Part shown: positions 35,317-44,238 of the stretch, in pieces
Numbering within the stretch: the first letter of the stretch is position 1
How the letters are laid out: each line of letters begins with the position of its first letter
IMG/VR virus record: IMGVR_UViG_3300031902_000015
Coordinates: 1-44,308 of that record
Reading direction: 5' to 3' (one strand)
Length of the DNA stretch: 44,308 bases
From: a virus
Taxonomy: Duplodnaviria > Caudoviricetes
The notes under the pieces: model-generated
Told to the model about the DNA's origin: nothing
Seen by the model: only the letters and a program-made list of their open reading frames with translations
Databases searched by the model: none
Made by a program: the position numbers and the translations under genes

Positions 35317-35849
35317 GCGGCCTCCTCGGTGTAGAGCGATTTCTCGACGATGCGAGAGCCGCCGCGTGTCGAGCCGTAGTAGGCGATGAGCAGTGCTTCT
35401 GCGCGCCCGTGATCCTTGGCGCGTTCGAGTGGGGCGTTGGGGAACAGGAGGCGTGCCTTGCCGAGTGAGCGCTCCTTGCGTGCGCGGTCGCTCTCGCCCT
35501 TGGCTCCTCGCACGCCGAGTGCTGATTTCCAACCGATGGGCGTCACGAGCACGAGCGGGATTCCTGCGACTTCGATGGCAGCGACGATGGCGCCGAAGGT
35601 GCAGCCCTGACTGAATGCAGCGACCGAGCCGTTCTTGGGCATGGCGTGCACGCGTTCGAGGTAGGCGACTGCTGATTCGCCGCGGCGCAGGTTGCGGAGG
35701 ATGCCGATGAGATCGAGAGCGGCGATGTACTTGCCCGAGTCGAGCTGTGTGATGGGCAAGTCGTGCACCGCGAAGTCGGTGATTGAATTGCGTATGACCG
35801 CTATCGCGCCTGTAACTCCCGGGTCGATGCCGATGATGCAAGCCATCAT
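35313..35849 (-). CDS. RuvC-like Holliday junction resolvase
   Basis: IIGIDPGVTGAIA, YLERVHAMP, VTPIGWK and DHGRAEALLIA. Confidence 0.9.
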   Translation of the reverse strand: MMACIIGIDPGVTGAIAVIRNSITDFAVHDLPITQLDSGKYIAALDLIGILRNLRRGESAVAYLERVHAMPKNGSVAAFSQGCTFGAIVAAIEVAGIPLVLVTPIGWKSALGVRGAKGESDRARKERSLGKARLLFPNAPLERAKDHGRAEALLIAYYGSTRGGSRIVEKSLYTEEAA

Positions 35850-36121
35850 TCGCTCCCTAGTGCTGAGCCCGAGAGCGGACGGATGACAGCGACGGCATTG
35901 CCGCCCTGATCGACGCCTATGGTGAATCCGGCCATGGTGCATCGGTCGACCAGCTTCTGACCGAGGGCGAGCATCGAGGGGAGAGCAGCAGCCATGCCCA
36001 GCACCGGAGCGACGCGCCCGACAACCTGCAAGGCGCGCACCAATTCGGATGCTTCCTGTGGCGTCAGCTCGAAGGGGATTGTCGTGAGGATGTCGTGGCC
36101 ATTCAGGTTCGAGCGTTCCAT
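35846..36121 (-). CDS. Hypothetical protein
   Basis: Coupled ORF in the operon with a GGAG RBS. Confidence 0.6.
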   Translation of the reverse strand: MERSNLNGHDILTTIPFELTPQEASELVRALQVVGRVAPVLGMAAALPSMLALGQKLVDRCTMAGFTIGVDQGGNAVAVIRPLSGSALGSE

Positions 36122-36124
36122 GGA

Positions 36125-36430
36125 TTACTCCGGCTTGGGCTCAGTCAGGACGATCTTCCACGTCGCGATGAATCGCTCGCCGGGGGCTAAGCTGCGGGCG
36201 GGTTCATCCAGCTTGAGGCGTAGGTAGGGGAAGCCGTCGCGGTATACCCGTACGGAGTGCGGGGTGGTGGCTTTACCGTGTGCCCTGCAGACGACGGTCA
36301 TCAGGTGCAGGGTGCTGCCGGGTGGTGATGCGACTGCGGGATCCTGCTCTACGGATGTGATGCGTGCGAGCTGGGGCTTTTGGCCGCACCAGCGTCTGCC
36401 TGCGCGGTCGAGGGGTTGGACGGTGATCAC
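36125..36430 (-). CDS. Hypothetical protein (101 aa)
   Basis: GGAGG plus GTG start; GTGA overlap. Confidence 0.55.
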   Translation of the reverse strand: MITVQPLDRAGRRWCGQKPQLARITSVEQDPAVASPPGSTLHLMTVVCRAHGKATTPHSVRVYRDGFPYLRLKLDEPARSLAPGERFIATWKIVLTEPKPE

Positions 36431-36711
36431 AGTGCCTCCGGGGTGCCGACCCTGATCCGGTAGTAGTCCGGGTGGGTACGCATTAGGGTTTCTTTCTCGT
36501 GGATCAGTCGCACGAGATGTCGGTCGAGTGCGAGCACGGTGGAGTTCTGGCCTTCGACCAGCATTCGGAGCTGGTCGAGTTCGGCGCGGGTGATGGCCAG
36601 CGTCTTTTCGAGTTCGGTGCAGATCGAGTACAGGCCCCACAGTGCTTCTTGAGGGCGTGGCCGTGGCTTGGGCTTGGGCACTTCCCTGATCTTGACCTTG
36701 GCGGCGCTCAT
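36427..36711 (-). CDS. Hypothetical coiled-coil protein (94 aa)
   Basis: AGGAG RBS; ATGA overlap. Confidence 0.6.
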   Translation of the reverse strand: MSAAKVKIREVPKPKPRPRPQEALWGLYSICTELEKTLAITRAELDQLRMLVEGQNSTVLALDRHLVRLIHEKETLMRTHPDYYRIRVGTPEAL

Positions 36712-36950
36712 GCTGCGTTCTCCTGTGCGTCGACGGCTTGGATGAGGCGGCGCGCGGCTGCGATGGCTGCTTCCTCGGTGTAGTCGATGGCGCAGACGCC
36801 TTGGACTGAGCCCATGGCGTAGCGCCAAGCGCGTGGCTCGCGTTCGATGAACGAGTACGCGCGCTGGTCGCGTGGCTTGAAGATCAGCTCGGCGTCGTTG
36901 AGCTTGAAGACCCGGGTGCGTCCGACGGATGGAATGCGGACGAGGTACAT
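36708..36950 (-). CDS. Hypothetical protein
   Basis: GGAG RBS; tiles with its neighbours. Confidence 0.6.
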   Translation of the reverse strand: MYLVRIPSVGRTRVFKLNDAELIFKPRDQRAYSFIEREPRAWRYAMGSVQGVCAIDYTEEAAIAAARRLIQAVDAQENAA

Positions 36951-36951
36951 C

Positions 36952-37155
36952 TCAGGCTCCCTTGGCTGCGGCGTGCTTCTCGCAGATCGCCTTGGCTTCG
37001 TCGGGGCTCACGGACCAGCCGATGCACTTGGAGGGCTTGGCCTTGTCGACGGGGCGTGACCACGCTTCGTACCTGACGATGCCCATGACGATCACCTTGG
37101 CGACTGTGTAGTTCGGCGTTTCGATGTGGTACAGGCTTGCTCTGAACCACTTCAC
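36952..37155 (-). CDS. Hypothetical protein
   Basis: Tiles the operon; YEAW..IGW..DEAKAICEKH. Confidence 0.6.
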   Translation of the reverse strand: MKWFRASLYHIETPNYTVAKVIVMGIVRYEAWSRPVDKAKPSKCIGWSVSPDEAKAICEKHAAAKGA

Positions 37156-37158
37156 GGG

Positions 37159-37392
37159 TTAGGGCTTGACGTAGCCGCAGGCGATGCTGTGCCTGAGCCA
37201 TCGCGGTCGTTCTGGGTTTGCGCGGCACCAGACGGCGAGCTGTTCTGCGTAGGCTTCGCGGCGATGTGCTGGTGCGTACTCGGGCGCCATGATCTGGCCG
37301 TCGATGGTCGGCATGGTTCGCTCCATCTCGCGCTCCCACTTCAGGGCTTGGCAGGTGGGCAGGAAGTCGATTGCATCGTGTGCGGCGTTCAT
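37159..37392 (-). CDS. Hypothetical protein (77 aa)
   Basis: AAGGA RBS; ATGA overlap. Confidence 0.55.
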   Translation of the reverse strand: MNAAHDAIDFLPTCQALKWEREMERTMPTIDGQIMAPEYAPAHRREAYAEQLAVWCRANPERPRWLRHSIACGYVKP

Positions 37393-37895
37393 CGGCTGAT
37401 CCTTAGTGCGAGCGGGATCACTGGGCGCGTCAGGCCGGGCGCGCGTGCGACGTTGGGCAGCAGCGCGCGCGTCGTGCTCGTGTCCTGCTCGATCTCGTAG
37501 ATCTCGGCGAAGCGCCGTTCGAGGAAGTGCATTTTGTCGTTCTCGCACATCGCGATGGCGTTGTAGCCGCCGAGCGCTGTCACGACGCGGTCGATCAGCT
37601 CATTGCCGAGCGGGCCCTTGCGGTAGGCGCTGCTCGATGCGTGTCGTACTGCCTTGACCCACGATTCTGTCGCGGTCGGGCGTCCTGCCTTGCGCAGATC
37701 CTCGAAGTCCTTCGGGGTCAGCATGAACGGGCAGGTGCGGATCAGGTGCTGCGCCGCGTTGCGGAACTCGCCGATGTCCCAGTCCTGCATCGCGTGCCAG
37801 AACAGTTCGAGAGCTGGCGCCGAGAGACTCTTGCCCTTGAGTTCGGCGAAGCCGATGACGACTTCGAGGAACTGGGTGCGGTCGGATGTTTGCAT
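37389..37895 (-). CDS. Replication-associated protein, DUF6475-like (possible helicase-loader partner)
   Basis: LFWHAMQDWDIGEFRNA..FMLTPKD, ALGGY..C..F.ERRF..Y; follows the initiator. Confidence 0.7.
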   Translation of the reverse strand: MQTSDRTQFLEVVIGFAELKGKSLSAPALELFWHAMQDWDIGEFRNAAQHLIRTCPFMLTPKDFEDLRKAGRPTATESWVKAVRHASSSAYRKGPLGNELIDRVVTALGGYNAIAMCENDKMHFLERRFAEIYEIEQDTSTTRALLPNVARAPGLTRPVIPLALRISR

Positions 37896-38686
37896 TAGCC
37901 GTTCTCCGTTCGCCGCATGAACTCGTCACCGGCGGTTAGGTTGGACACGAGACGGATCTCTGCCTTGGTCGCGGGGGCATCCCACGTCTGCAGGAATGGT
38001 TTGTCGGGGCCGAGGAACGTGGCGGCCTGTTTGACGAACTCGGTGCGTTCCTTGTCGGCGCCGCGGATGAAGGCGGCATAGCGCCGGGCGCCTTCGATGA
38101 ACTCCTCCGGGGTATGTCCCTCGGCGATGCGGGCGTTCCCGGCTCGGATGGCTTTGGGCCATCCGGCGTCTCCGGCTCGCTTGGGGTACGTCGCCTTGAA
38201 CTCGACGAGCCAGCCGGGCGTGTCGGTCTTCCGACGCGCCGAAGGAGATCCCTTCCCATCCATTCCATGATCCATTCCGGATCCGGATCCGGATCCGTCA
38301 ATGAGTGCTCCTTGAGGACTCACTGAGGGCTCAGTGAGTGGTACGTGAGCACTCACTGAATATGGGGGGATTTTCGACGGCGTCGGGCGATTGATTCGCT
38401 GGTGTTTTGTGAACCCGGGGATGTCGAGATAGTCCCTTGAGTCAACGAGATACACGCGAATCAGTGAGTGCTCACGGAGTTCTCTGAACCACTCACTGAG
38501 CTGCGTGGCCGTTGCACTTCCACACGGGAAGATCTGCATACGGAGACGCGCGGGGCTGTAGTCGAGTCGCCCGTCGTCGTCGGCGAAACTGATGAGCCCG
38601 ATGAACAGTAGGCGAGCACTCAGTGAGCACTCACTGAGTCGTTCGTCCGACCAGAACTCGGGTTTGATGGTGCGGATTCGTGCCAA
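37895..38686 (-). CDS. Phage replication initiator (O-like); TTG start
   Basis: ARIRTIKPEFWSDE..ARLLFIGLISFADDDGR, FTKHQRI, YPKR and FVKQAATFLGP; internal iterons. Confidence 0.85.
   Translation of the reverse strand: MARIRTIKPEFWSDERLSECSLSARLLFIGLISFADDDGRLDYSPARLRMQIFPCGSATATQLSEWFRELREHSLIRVYLVDSRDYLDIPGFTKHQRINRPTPSKIPPYSVSAHVPLTEPSVSPQGALIDGSGSGSGMDHGMDGKGSPSARRKTDTPGWLVEFKATYPKRAGDAGWPKAIRAGNARIAEGHTPEEFIEGARRYAAFIRGADKERTEFVKQAATFLGPDKPFLQTWDAPATKAEIRLVSNLTAGDEFMRRTENG
38298..38639. repeat. Iteron-like repeats (ACTCACTGA / TCAGTGAGT), putative replication origin
   Basis: Copies at 38318, 38331(inv), 38351, 38461(inv), 38491, 38620(inv, 1 mismatch) and 38629. Confidence 0.8.
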
Positions 38687-38803
38687 AAGCTCCCCTCCCA
38701 CCGGCCCCCCACAGTGAAGGGGTCGGTAAAACGGGGCGCGGCGCTACTCCGGCCCAAGGTGATCGCCGGGCAAGGGACTAACCCCCCGGCGGCACAATTC
38801 GAT

Positions 38804-39268
38804 TCAGGTGCGCGTGGAGCGCACGAAATCCTTGATCGCTTCGAGCTGGCGGTCGCGGTCGACGAGCTGCTGGCGCAGCTCCTCGTTCTGGCGCTCGATG
38901 ACGGACTGGAGCAATTTCAGCTCATAGCCGCATCGCCTCGCGAGCCATCGCAGTGGGATGTGGTTCTCGCACAGCTCCATCAGGGCGATCAGCTTGTCCT
39001 GAGCGAAGTGAGCCTGACGGCTCATGATTCGCGAATAGGTGGGCGCGTCGATGCCGAGCGCCGTGTAGATGTCTTTGGGATCGAGGCCGGAAGTCGCAAT
39101 ACACAGGACAATCGCGGCCGTCAAGTCCCGCTGCGCGTGGACGATGTCATCGCCGACTTCGGTGCGCCGCCCCCGTGGGAAGCTGCCCTGCACTCTTGTC
39201 TGCGCCCTCTCCGTGGATACACTGCCTCTCGCGCCCCCGATGATTGAATCTATTGTGTTGCGTTGCAT
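38804..39268 (-). CDS. CII-like HTH transcriptional regulator
   Basis: SGLDPKDIYTALGIDAPTYSRI HTH; lies between cro and the initiator. Confidence 0.65.
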   Translation of the reverse strand: MQRNTIDSIIGGARGSVSTERAQTRVQGSFPRGRRTEVGDDIVHAQRDLTAAIVLCIATSGLDPKDIYTALGIDAPTYSRIMSRQAHFAQDKLIALMELCENHIPLRWLARRCGYELKLLQSVIERQNEELRQQLVDRDRQLEAIKDFVRSTRT

Positions 39269-39323
39269 CTCGGGCCCTTGCTGTACTCGATTTCGTGAGG
39301 AAAGATAAGCTATCCAAAGCCGA

Positions 39324-39599
39324 TCAGCGGGCCTTGAGCCGGGCCCGCCGTGTCGAGGCCGCACGGGTCAGGCGTCTGACGCGGGCGGGAGCCGGAGGGA
39401 ATGCGTGCGGGTTGAAGGCGGATCTGGGAACGCCGAAGAGCGATTCGAGCTGCAGCGCGCGGGCCGCGGGCACCAGCCCACTGGTCTTCCATTGGCTGAC
39501 CGCGCTTCTCTCAATGCCCAAGACTTCCGCCAACTTTGCCGCCGATCCCCGGGATCCGGGGCGCCCGAACAAGGCCAAGGCGCGGTCAATTCCCTTCAT
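39324..39599 (-). CDS. cro: Cro-like repressor (YdaS-type)
   Basis: AAKLAEVLGIERSAVSQW..VPAARALQLE; divergent from cI. Confidence 0.85.
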   Translation of the reverse strand: MKGIDRALALFGRPGSRGSAAKLAEVLGIERSAVSQWKTSGLVPAARALQLESLFGVPRSAFNPHAFPPAPARVRRLTRAASTRRARLKAR

Positions 39600-39658
39600 G
39601 AAACCCCCTCACTAGGCGTGACTAGTCCGTTTCCCGGCGCGTTTAGCCGGGCTCGCCG

Positions 39659-39687
39659 AGCTTACGCACAGCAGAACTTACTTGCAA
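39659..39687 (-). promoter_or_regulatory. PR-like sigma70 promoter with an operator in its spacer
   Basis: TTGCAA-17 nt-TAAGCT pointing to cro; GCACAG-N5-CTTAC at 39666-39681. Confidence 0.7.
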
Positions 39688-39730
39688 GCTGGCGCCACTA
39701 TGGCGCCGCAACATTCGATGAGCCACGTAT

Positions 39731-40435
39731 ATGAAGCCAAATAGTAAGCGCACCAGCACCATCGGCGAGCGGATCAAGCAGGCCCGCCGCGACGCGGGCA
39801 TGACCCAGTCCGATGTGGCCAAGCATCTTCACATCACCCGCAATGCGGTTACACTCTGGGAGACCGGCGAGACCGAACCCACGCGCGGACGCATTGAGGC
39901 GATGTGCGAGCTGTTCAGTTGCACCCTCGTGTGGCTGCAGACCGGGGTCGGGACTTTCGATGGAAGCCGCGTCAACGGGGCGCGCAAGGATGGCGACGAT
40001 GGAAGCCTTCAGCAAATCCTCAATGAGGATGACCCGGCACGGGTCCGCGTGCCGCGTTTTGCAGGCATTCCGACCAAGCGGTTCCGCATCAAGGGCGTGC
40101 TCGTCGCGCCCGACGTTGCAATCACCTACGACTTCGTGGAGCGTGCCATGACACAGAACTCCTACTCGATGCGCGTGCACGGCGATCAGATGTCCCCCAA
40201 GTTCAACGAGGGCGACCTGATCTTCATCGAGCCGCAGAGGCCGCCGATCTCCGGCGACTTCGTGGTCGTCGGCAAGAATGCAGGCGACCTCCCCGCCCTG
40301 CGCCAGCTCATGGTGGAGGGCACGAAGCGCCTCCTGAAGACGCTGAACCCGATCTACCCGGACCGGCAGATGGATCCGGCCGAGGAGATCATGGGCGTGG
40401 TCGTCGAACGCAAGTCGAACGAGCGCTTCTACTGA
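39731..40435 (+). CDS. cI: CI-like repressor (XRE HTH plus S24 peptidase domain)
   Basis: IGERIKQARRDAGMTQSDVA..VTLWETG; MRVHGDQMSPKFNEGDLIFIEP. Confidence 0.92.
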   Translation: MKPNSKRTSTIGERIKQARRDAGMTQSDVAKHLHITRNAVTLWETGETEPTRGRIEAMCELFSCTLVWLQTGVGTFDGSRVNGARKDGDDGSLQQILNEDDPARVRVPRFAGIPTKRFRIKGVLVAPDVAITYDFVERAMTQNSYSMRVHGDQMSPKFNEGDLIFIEPQRPPISGDFVVVGKNAGDLPALRQLMVEGTKRLLKTLNPIYPDRQMDPAEEIMGVVVERKSNERFY

Positions 40436-40668
40436 CCCGACCGGGGCTTCCCTCCCCCGGCTGAGCCGATTGCCTTACTGCGCATGGCGATTGCCTTGCG
40501 CTTTTCCCGCGCCATGCAGCGCGGGTGCGCGTGCGCCACGCAGCCCTGCAGCGGCACGTCATAGCCTAACCACCGCAATGCGCTGGTAAATCCATCGCCG
40601 CCGACCTTGCCGCAGATCCAGCAGCAGCGGACGGCGGGGTTCGTCTTCGGGTGTCTTTGCTTGTTCAT
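40429..40668 (-). CDS. Small Cys/His (zinc-finger-like) protein convergent with cI
   Basis: CWIC..HAHPRC; occupies the gap between cI and PL. Confidence 0.45.
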   Translation of the reverse strand: MNKQRHPKTNPAVRCCWICGKVGGDGFTSALRWLGYDVPLQGCVAHAHPRCMAREKRKAIAMRSKAIGSAGGGKPRSGQ

Positions 40669-40740
40669 GCGGGGATACCTGCAATCCCCGTGCCAGCCGG
40701 GTTGAGCCCCTCTTAACCGCCGATCCTGCCCACCGGGCAG

Positions 40741-40792
40741 GCAAAGCTGTTCTTACTTCGAGCTTGACACTCAGCAAAGTCGGGCTTACTTT
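40741..40792 (+). promoter_or_regulatory. PL-like promoter with two operators
   Basis: TTGACA(40764)-17 nt-TACTTT(40787); GCAAAG-N5-CTTAC at 40741 and 40774. Confidence 0.8.
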
Positions 40793-40838
40793 TGCACTCC
40801 ACCGTTCCGATTCCCGGGACGGCCCATGGAGTAGCGCC

Positions 40839-41072
40839 ATGATCTCCGATTCCCTCCCACGAGGCCGCACCGCGGCCGTCGTGCCCCTGCCGACCCTGCA
40901 CCGGGTGACGACCGTCGAGATCCTCGCGGACTCGATGACGCTGGCAGAGCTGAAGCGCGCCGTGCGCGTCCTGCCCTACTCCTACCTCTCGATCTACCCG
41001 GACGGTCGCGTCGTCGCGACGCACCGGGCCCGTCCCTATGTTTCCCATACCGAGGAGTGCACCGGCACATGA
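40839..41072 (+). CDS. First early gene, hypothetical (77 aa)
   Basis: GGAG RBS and ATG just downstream of PL; ATGA overlap. Confidence 0.6.
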   Translation: MISDSLPRGRTAAVVPLPTLHRVTTVEILADSMTLAELKRAVRVLPYSYLSIYPDGRVVATHRARPYVSHTEECTGT

Positions 41073-42085
41073 GCGCCCAAATCGAATCCCGCGAGCAGGT
41101 GGAGAATCCGTTCGCCCCTGTCGCCCGTACCGCAGCCGCCGCCAGCAATGCGATCAGCGAGGCCGCGAACCAGCGCGAGATCTCCGAGATCCAGTCGGCG
41201 ATGGTGATCGCCCAGAAGTTCCCGCGCGATCCGCGCAAGTCACTCGACCGCGTCCTGATGGCGTGCGCGCGACCCACTCTCGCCAACGCCGCGACCTATA
41301 ACTACAGCCGCGGCGGATCCGAGGTGACGGGCCCGAGCATCCGGCTTGCCGAGGCCCTCGCCCAGTCGTGGGGGAACCTGCAGTTCGGCGTGCGCGAACT
41401 CGATCAGCGCGAGGGCGAGAGCACGGTCGAGGCGTACGCGTGGGATCTCGAAACCAACACGCGGGCGTCGAAGGTCTTTCAGGTCCCGCACATCCGGTTC
41501 ACCAAGAACGGCAGCTATCCGCTGACGGATCCGCGCGACATCTATGAGACGGTCGCGAACAGCGGCTCGCGTCGGCTCCGTGCCTGCATCCTGAACGTGA
41601 TCCCGGGCGATGTGGTCGACGCTGCCGTCAAGCAGTGCGATCTCACGCTGAAGGCCACGGCGGAAGTCACGCCCGAGCGGCTGAAGAGCCTGCTCGACAA
41701 GTTCGGCGAGTTCAACGTCACGCGGGCGCAGATCGAGGCGCGCATCCAGCGCGGGCTCGATTCGATGACGCCGTCGCTGCTGATTCAGCTCGGCAAGATC
41801 TATAACTCGCTGCGCGATGGCATGAGCGCGACGTCCGACTGGTTCGGCGCGAGCGCGGCGCCGAGCGGCGGCACGGAAGCCGCGAAGCCTGAGGCGAAGC
41901 CGCTCACGGGCGCGGCGAACCTAAACGCGGCACAAGTCGTGACGCTGATGAAGGCTGCGGACAAGGAAGGCGTGCCGACCGCCGCCGTGTGCGAGAGGTT
42001 CAAGGTCGACTGTCTGGAGTCGCTGACCTTCCCGCAGCTCGCAGAGGCACTGTCCTACATCAAGCGCGCGGCAAGTGGCGGCTGA
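41069..42085 (+). CDS. Putative single-strand annealing / recombination protein
   Basis: AQKFPRD..GPSIRLAEALAQSWGN..AWDLETN family; paired with an exonuclease; function inferred from context. Confidence 0.6.
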   Translation: MSAQIESREQVENPFAPVARTAAAASNAISEAANQREISEIQSAMVIAQKFPRDPRKSLDRVLMACARPTLANAATYNYSRGGSEVTGPSIRLAEALAQSWGNLQFGVRELDQREGESTVEAYAWDLETNTRASKVFQVPHIRFTKNGSYPLTDPRDIYETVANSGSRRLRACILNVIPGDVVDAAVKQCDLTLKATAEVTPERLKSLLDKFGEFNVTRAQIEARIQRGLDSMTPSLLIQLGKIYNSLRDGMSATSDWFGASAAPSGGTEAAKPEAKPLTGAANLNAAQVVTLMKAADKEGVPTAAVCERFKVDCLESLTFPQLAEALSYIKRAASGG

Positions 42086-42716
42086 AGCGCTCGACGTAGT
42101 CGCTGCGGTCGAGGACGAATCCCTCGACGTGGAGTTCCGCGAGGACAACCACACCTATCATGTGATGGGCGTGGAAGTCCCCTCGGTCACTCGCATCCTG
42201 AAGTCGATCACCAACTTCGGCGGGATCCCCGGCCACATCTTGGAGAAGGCGCGGATCCGCGGCCAGAACGTGCACGCGGCCGTCGACCTGTACGACAGCG
42301 GCCAGCTCAACGAGGAGACGCTGCATCCCGAGATCGCCGCGTACCTCAAGGGCTACAAGAAGTTTCTGCACGAGTCCGCGGCGGTCGTCATCGCCTCCGA
42401 GCTGATCGTGCACAGCCCGACCTACAAGTTCGCGGGGCGTCTCGACAAGGTCTTCCTGCTTCGCGACAAGTACACCATCGTCGATGTGAAGGCCACTGCA
42501 GCGCTGCCAAAGACGGCGGGCGCGCAGACGGCCGCATACCGGCAAGCCTACGAGGAGTCCTCTGGTATCCGCGTGCCGAACCGGCACGTCGTACAGCTCC
42601 GTCCGAACGGCTACACGCTTTACCCGATGAAAGATGCTGCTGACTGGTCTTTGTTCCAGTCATGCCTAAACGTCTGGCACTTCAATTCCAAATTCAATCC
42701 GAGGATGCAACAGTGA
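42075..42716 (+). CDS. PD-(D/E)xK exonuclease (lambda-exo/RecB-like)
   Basis: PSVTRIL, RGQNVH, FAGRLD, IVDVKAT and QTAAY. Confidence 0.85.
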   Translation: MAAEALDVVAAVEDESLDVEFREDNHTYHVMGVEVPSVTRILKSITNFGGIPGHILEKARIRGQNVHAAVDLYDSGQLNEETLHPEIAAYLKGYKKFLHESAAVVIASELIVHSPTYKFAGRLDKVFLLRDKYTIVDVKATAALPKTAGAQTAAYRQAYEESSGIRVPNRHVVQLRPNGYTLYPMKDAADWSLFQSCLNVWHFNSKFNPRMQQ

Positions 42717-43375
42717 ACAATTCCCCCAAGCTCGAACAGCTCCAGCAAGAGATCGCGGTCATCGAAGGCGTCGCCGCGAACTACATCGTGACGACCCCCG
42801 AGCAGTACGCCGACGCGGGCGAGCAGCTCATGATCGTCAAGTCGCACCAGAAGGTGGTCGAGGAAGAGCGCACGAAGATCACCAAGCCGATGAACGATGG
42901 CTTGAAGGCCGCGAATGCGTTCTTCAAGAAGTTCAGCGAGCGCTTGGATTCGATTGAGTCCAAGTTCAAGACCGCGCTGATCGCGTACAAGACGGCCGAA
43001 GACCAGAAGCTGCGCGCCGATCAGGCTCGCGAGGAGGAGAAGGCCCGCAAGGAGCGCGAGAAGCTCGAAGCGCAGGCAGCCAAGGCCAGCGCCGCGGGCC
43101 GCGAGGAGCGCGCTGCGGAGCTGCTGCAGCGTGCCGCTGCCGTGGTCGCGCCCATCGTGATCGCCGATGCCCCGTCCAAGGTCACCGGGATCTCGATGCG
43201 CGACGCGTGGGAGTACGAGGTGATCGACCTCTCGCTCGTGCCGCGCGAGTTCATGATCCTGAACGAGAAGGCCGTCAACGCATGGGTCGGCTCGATGAAG
43301 GGCGACACGAAGATCCCCGGGATCCGCGTCTCGTGCCGCAAGGTCATGGCGGCCACCGCTCGCGCGGCGGGCTGA
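42713..43375 (+). CDS. Coiled-coil early protein
   Basis: EEERTKITKP..WEYEVIDLSLVPREF..IPGIRV family typical of recombination operons. Confidence 0.7.
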   Translation: MNNSPKLEQLQQEIAVIEGVAANYIVTTPEQYADAGEQLMIVKSHQKVVEEERTKITKPMNDGLKAANAFFKKFSERLDSIESKFKTALIAYKTAEDQKLRADQAREEEKARKEREKLEAQAAKASAAGREERAAELLQRAAAVVAPIVIADAPSKVTGISMRDAWEYEVIDLSLVPREFMILNEKAVNAWVGSMKGDTKIPGIRVSCRKVMAATARAAG

Positions 43376-43378
43376 TCC

Positions 43379-43780
43379 GTGTCGGCTCAGTACGACAATA
43401 CCAACTCGGGGTTGCTGGCGAAGAATGATCGCCGCAACTCCGAAACCCACCCCACCCATACGGGCAGCGTGCAGATCATCTGCCCGCACTGCGCGGCGCT
43501 CGGCGCGCACTTCATCAATGCGTGGGTCAACGAGGGCAAGCCGGGCTCGCACTTCGACGGCAAGAAATACTTCTCGCTGAAGTTCAAGCCCAAGGATCAG
43601 CAGCCCTCGCGGACGCAGCCCTCGGCTGCGCCGCGTCAAGCGCCCGTCACCGCCGCACAGGCGATGCGAACCCGGGAGGAAATGGCCGAGTTCGATGACT
43701 CCATTCCGTTCGCAATCCTGCTGCCCGCGGTGATGGCGACGCTCGCCGCCGCCACTACGATGACCAACTGGATCGCGTGA
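43379..43780 (+). CDS. ssDNA-binding protein-like
   Basis: YDNTNSGLL.KND..HP..TG..AW..KYFSL and an acidic FDDSIPF motif. Confidence 0.7.
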   Translation: MSAQYDNTNSGLLAKNDRRNSETHPTHTGSVQIICPHCAALGAHFINAWVNEGKPGSHFDGKKYFSLKFKPKDQQPSRTQPSAAPRQAPVTAAQAMRTREEMAEFDDSIPFAILLPAVMATLAAATTMTNWIA

Positions 43781-44238
43781 TGGCGCGCGCGACCGGAGAC
43801 ATCCTGAAACCGCTGATCGAGATTGATCGCGAGAGCGGCTGTTGGCTCTGGCTCGGGAAGATTAACGCCGGAACAGGCTATGGCCAGAAGCAATTCGACG
43901 GCCGAACAGTGCTAGCCCATCGCTGGGTTCTGCAGTGGTTCAAGGGATGGATCCCGGCCGAGGCGGTCGTCGATCACTTGTGCAGAAATCGGCGCTGCGT
44001 CAATCCAGACCATCTGGAAGTCACGACGCATACGGAGAACTGCCGACGCGGGCGCGCGACCCGATTGACGCCTGAGCAAGTTCTCGACATACGCAAGCGG
44101 CTATCCACTGCGCGATGGGGCGACCGCATCAAGATCGCGGCTGACTTCGGCATAAGCCTTGCGGCTGTCTCCGACATCAAACACGGCCGGGCATGGGCCG
44201 ACATTCAACTTGGCGGGACTTCGCAGCCGCCCACCTGA
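43777..44238 (+). CDS. HNH endonuclease with a C-terminal HTH
   Basis: CWLWLG..GYG..AHR..DHLCRNRRCVNPDHL..EN. Confidence 0.9.
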   Translation: MMARATGDILKPLIEIDRESGCWLWLGKINAGTGYGQKQFDGRTVLAHRWVLQWFKGWIPAEAVVDHLCRNRRCVNPDHLEVTTHTENCRRGRATRLTPEQVLDIRKRLSTARWGDRIKIAADFGISLAAVSDIKHGRAWADIQLGGTSQPPT

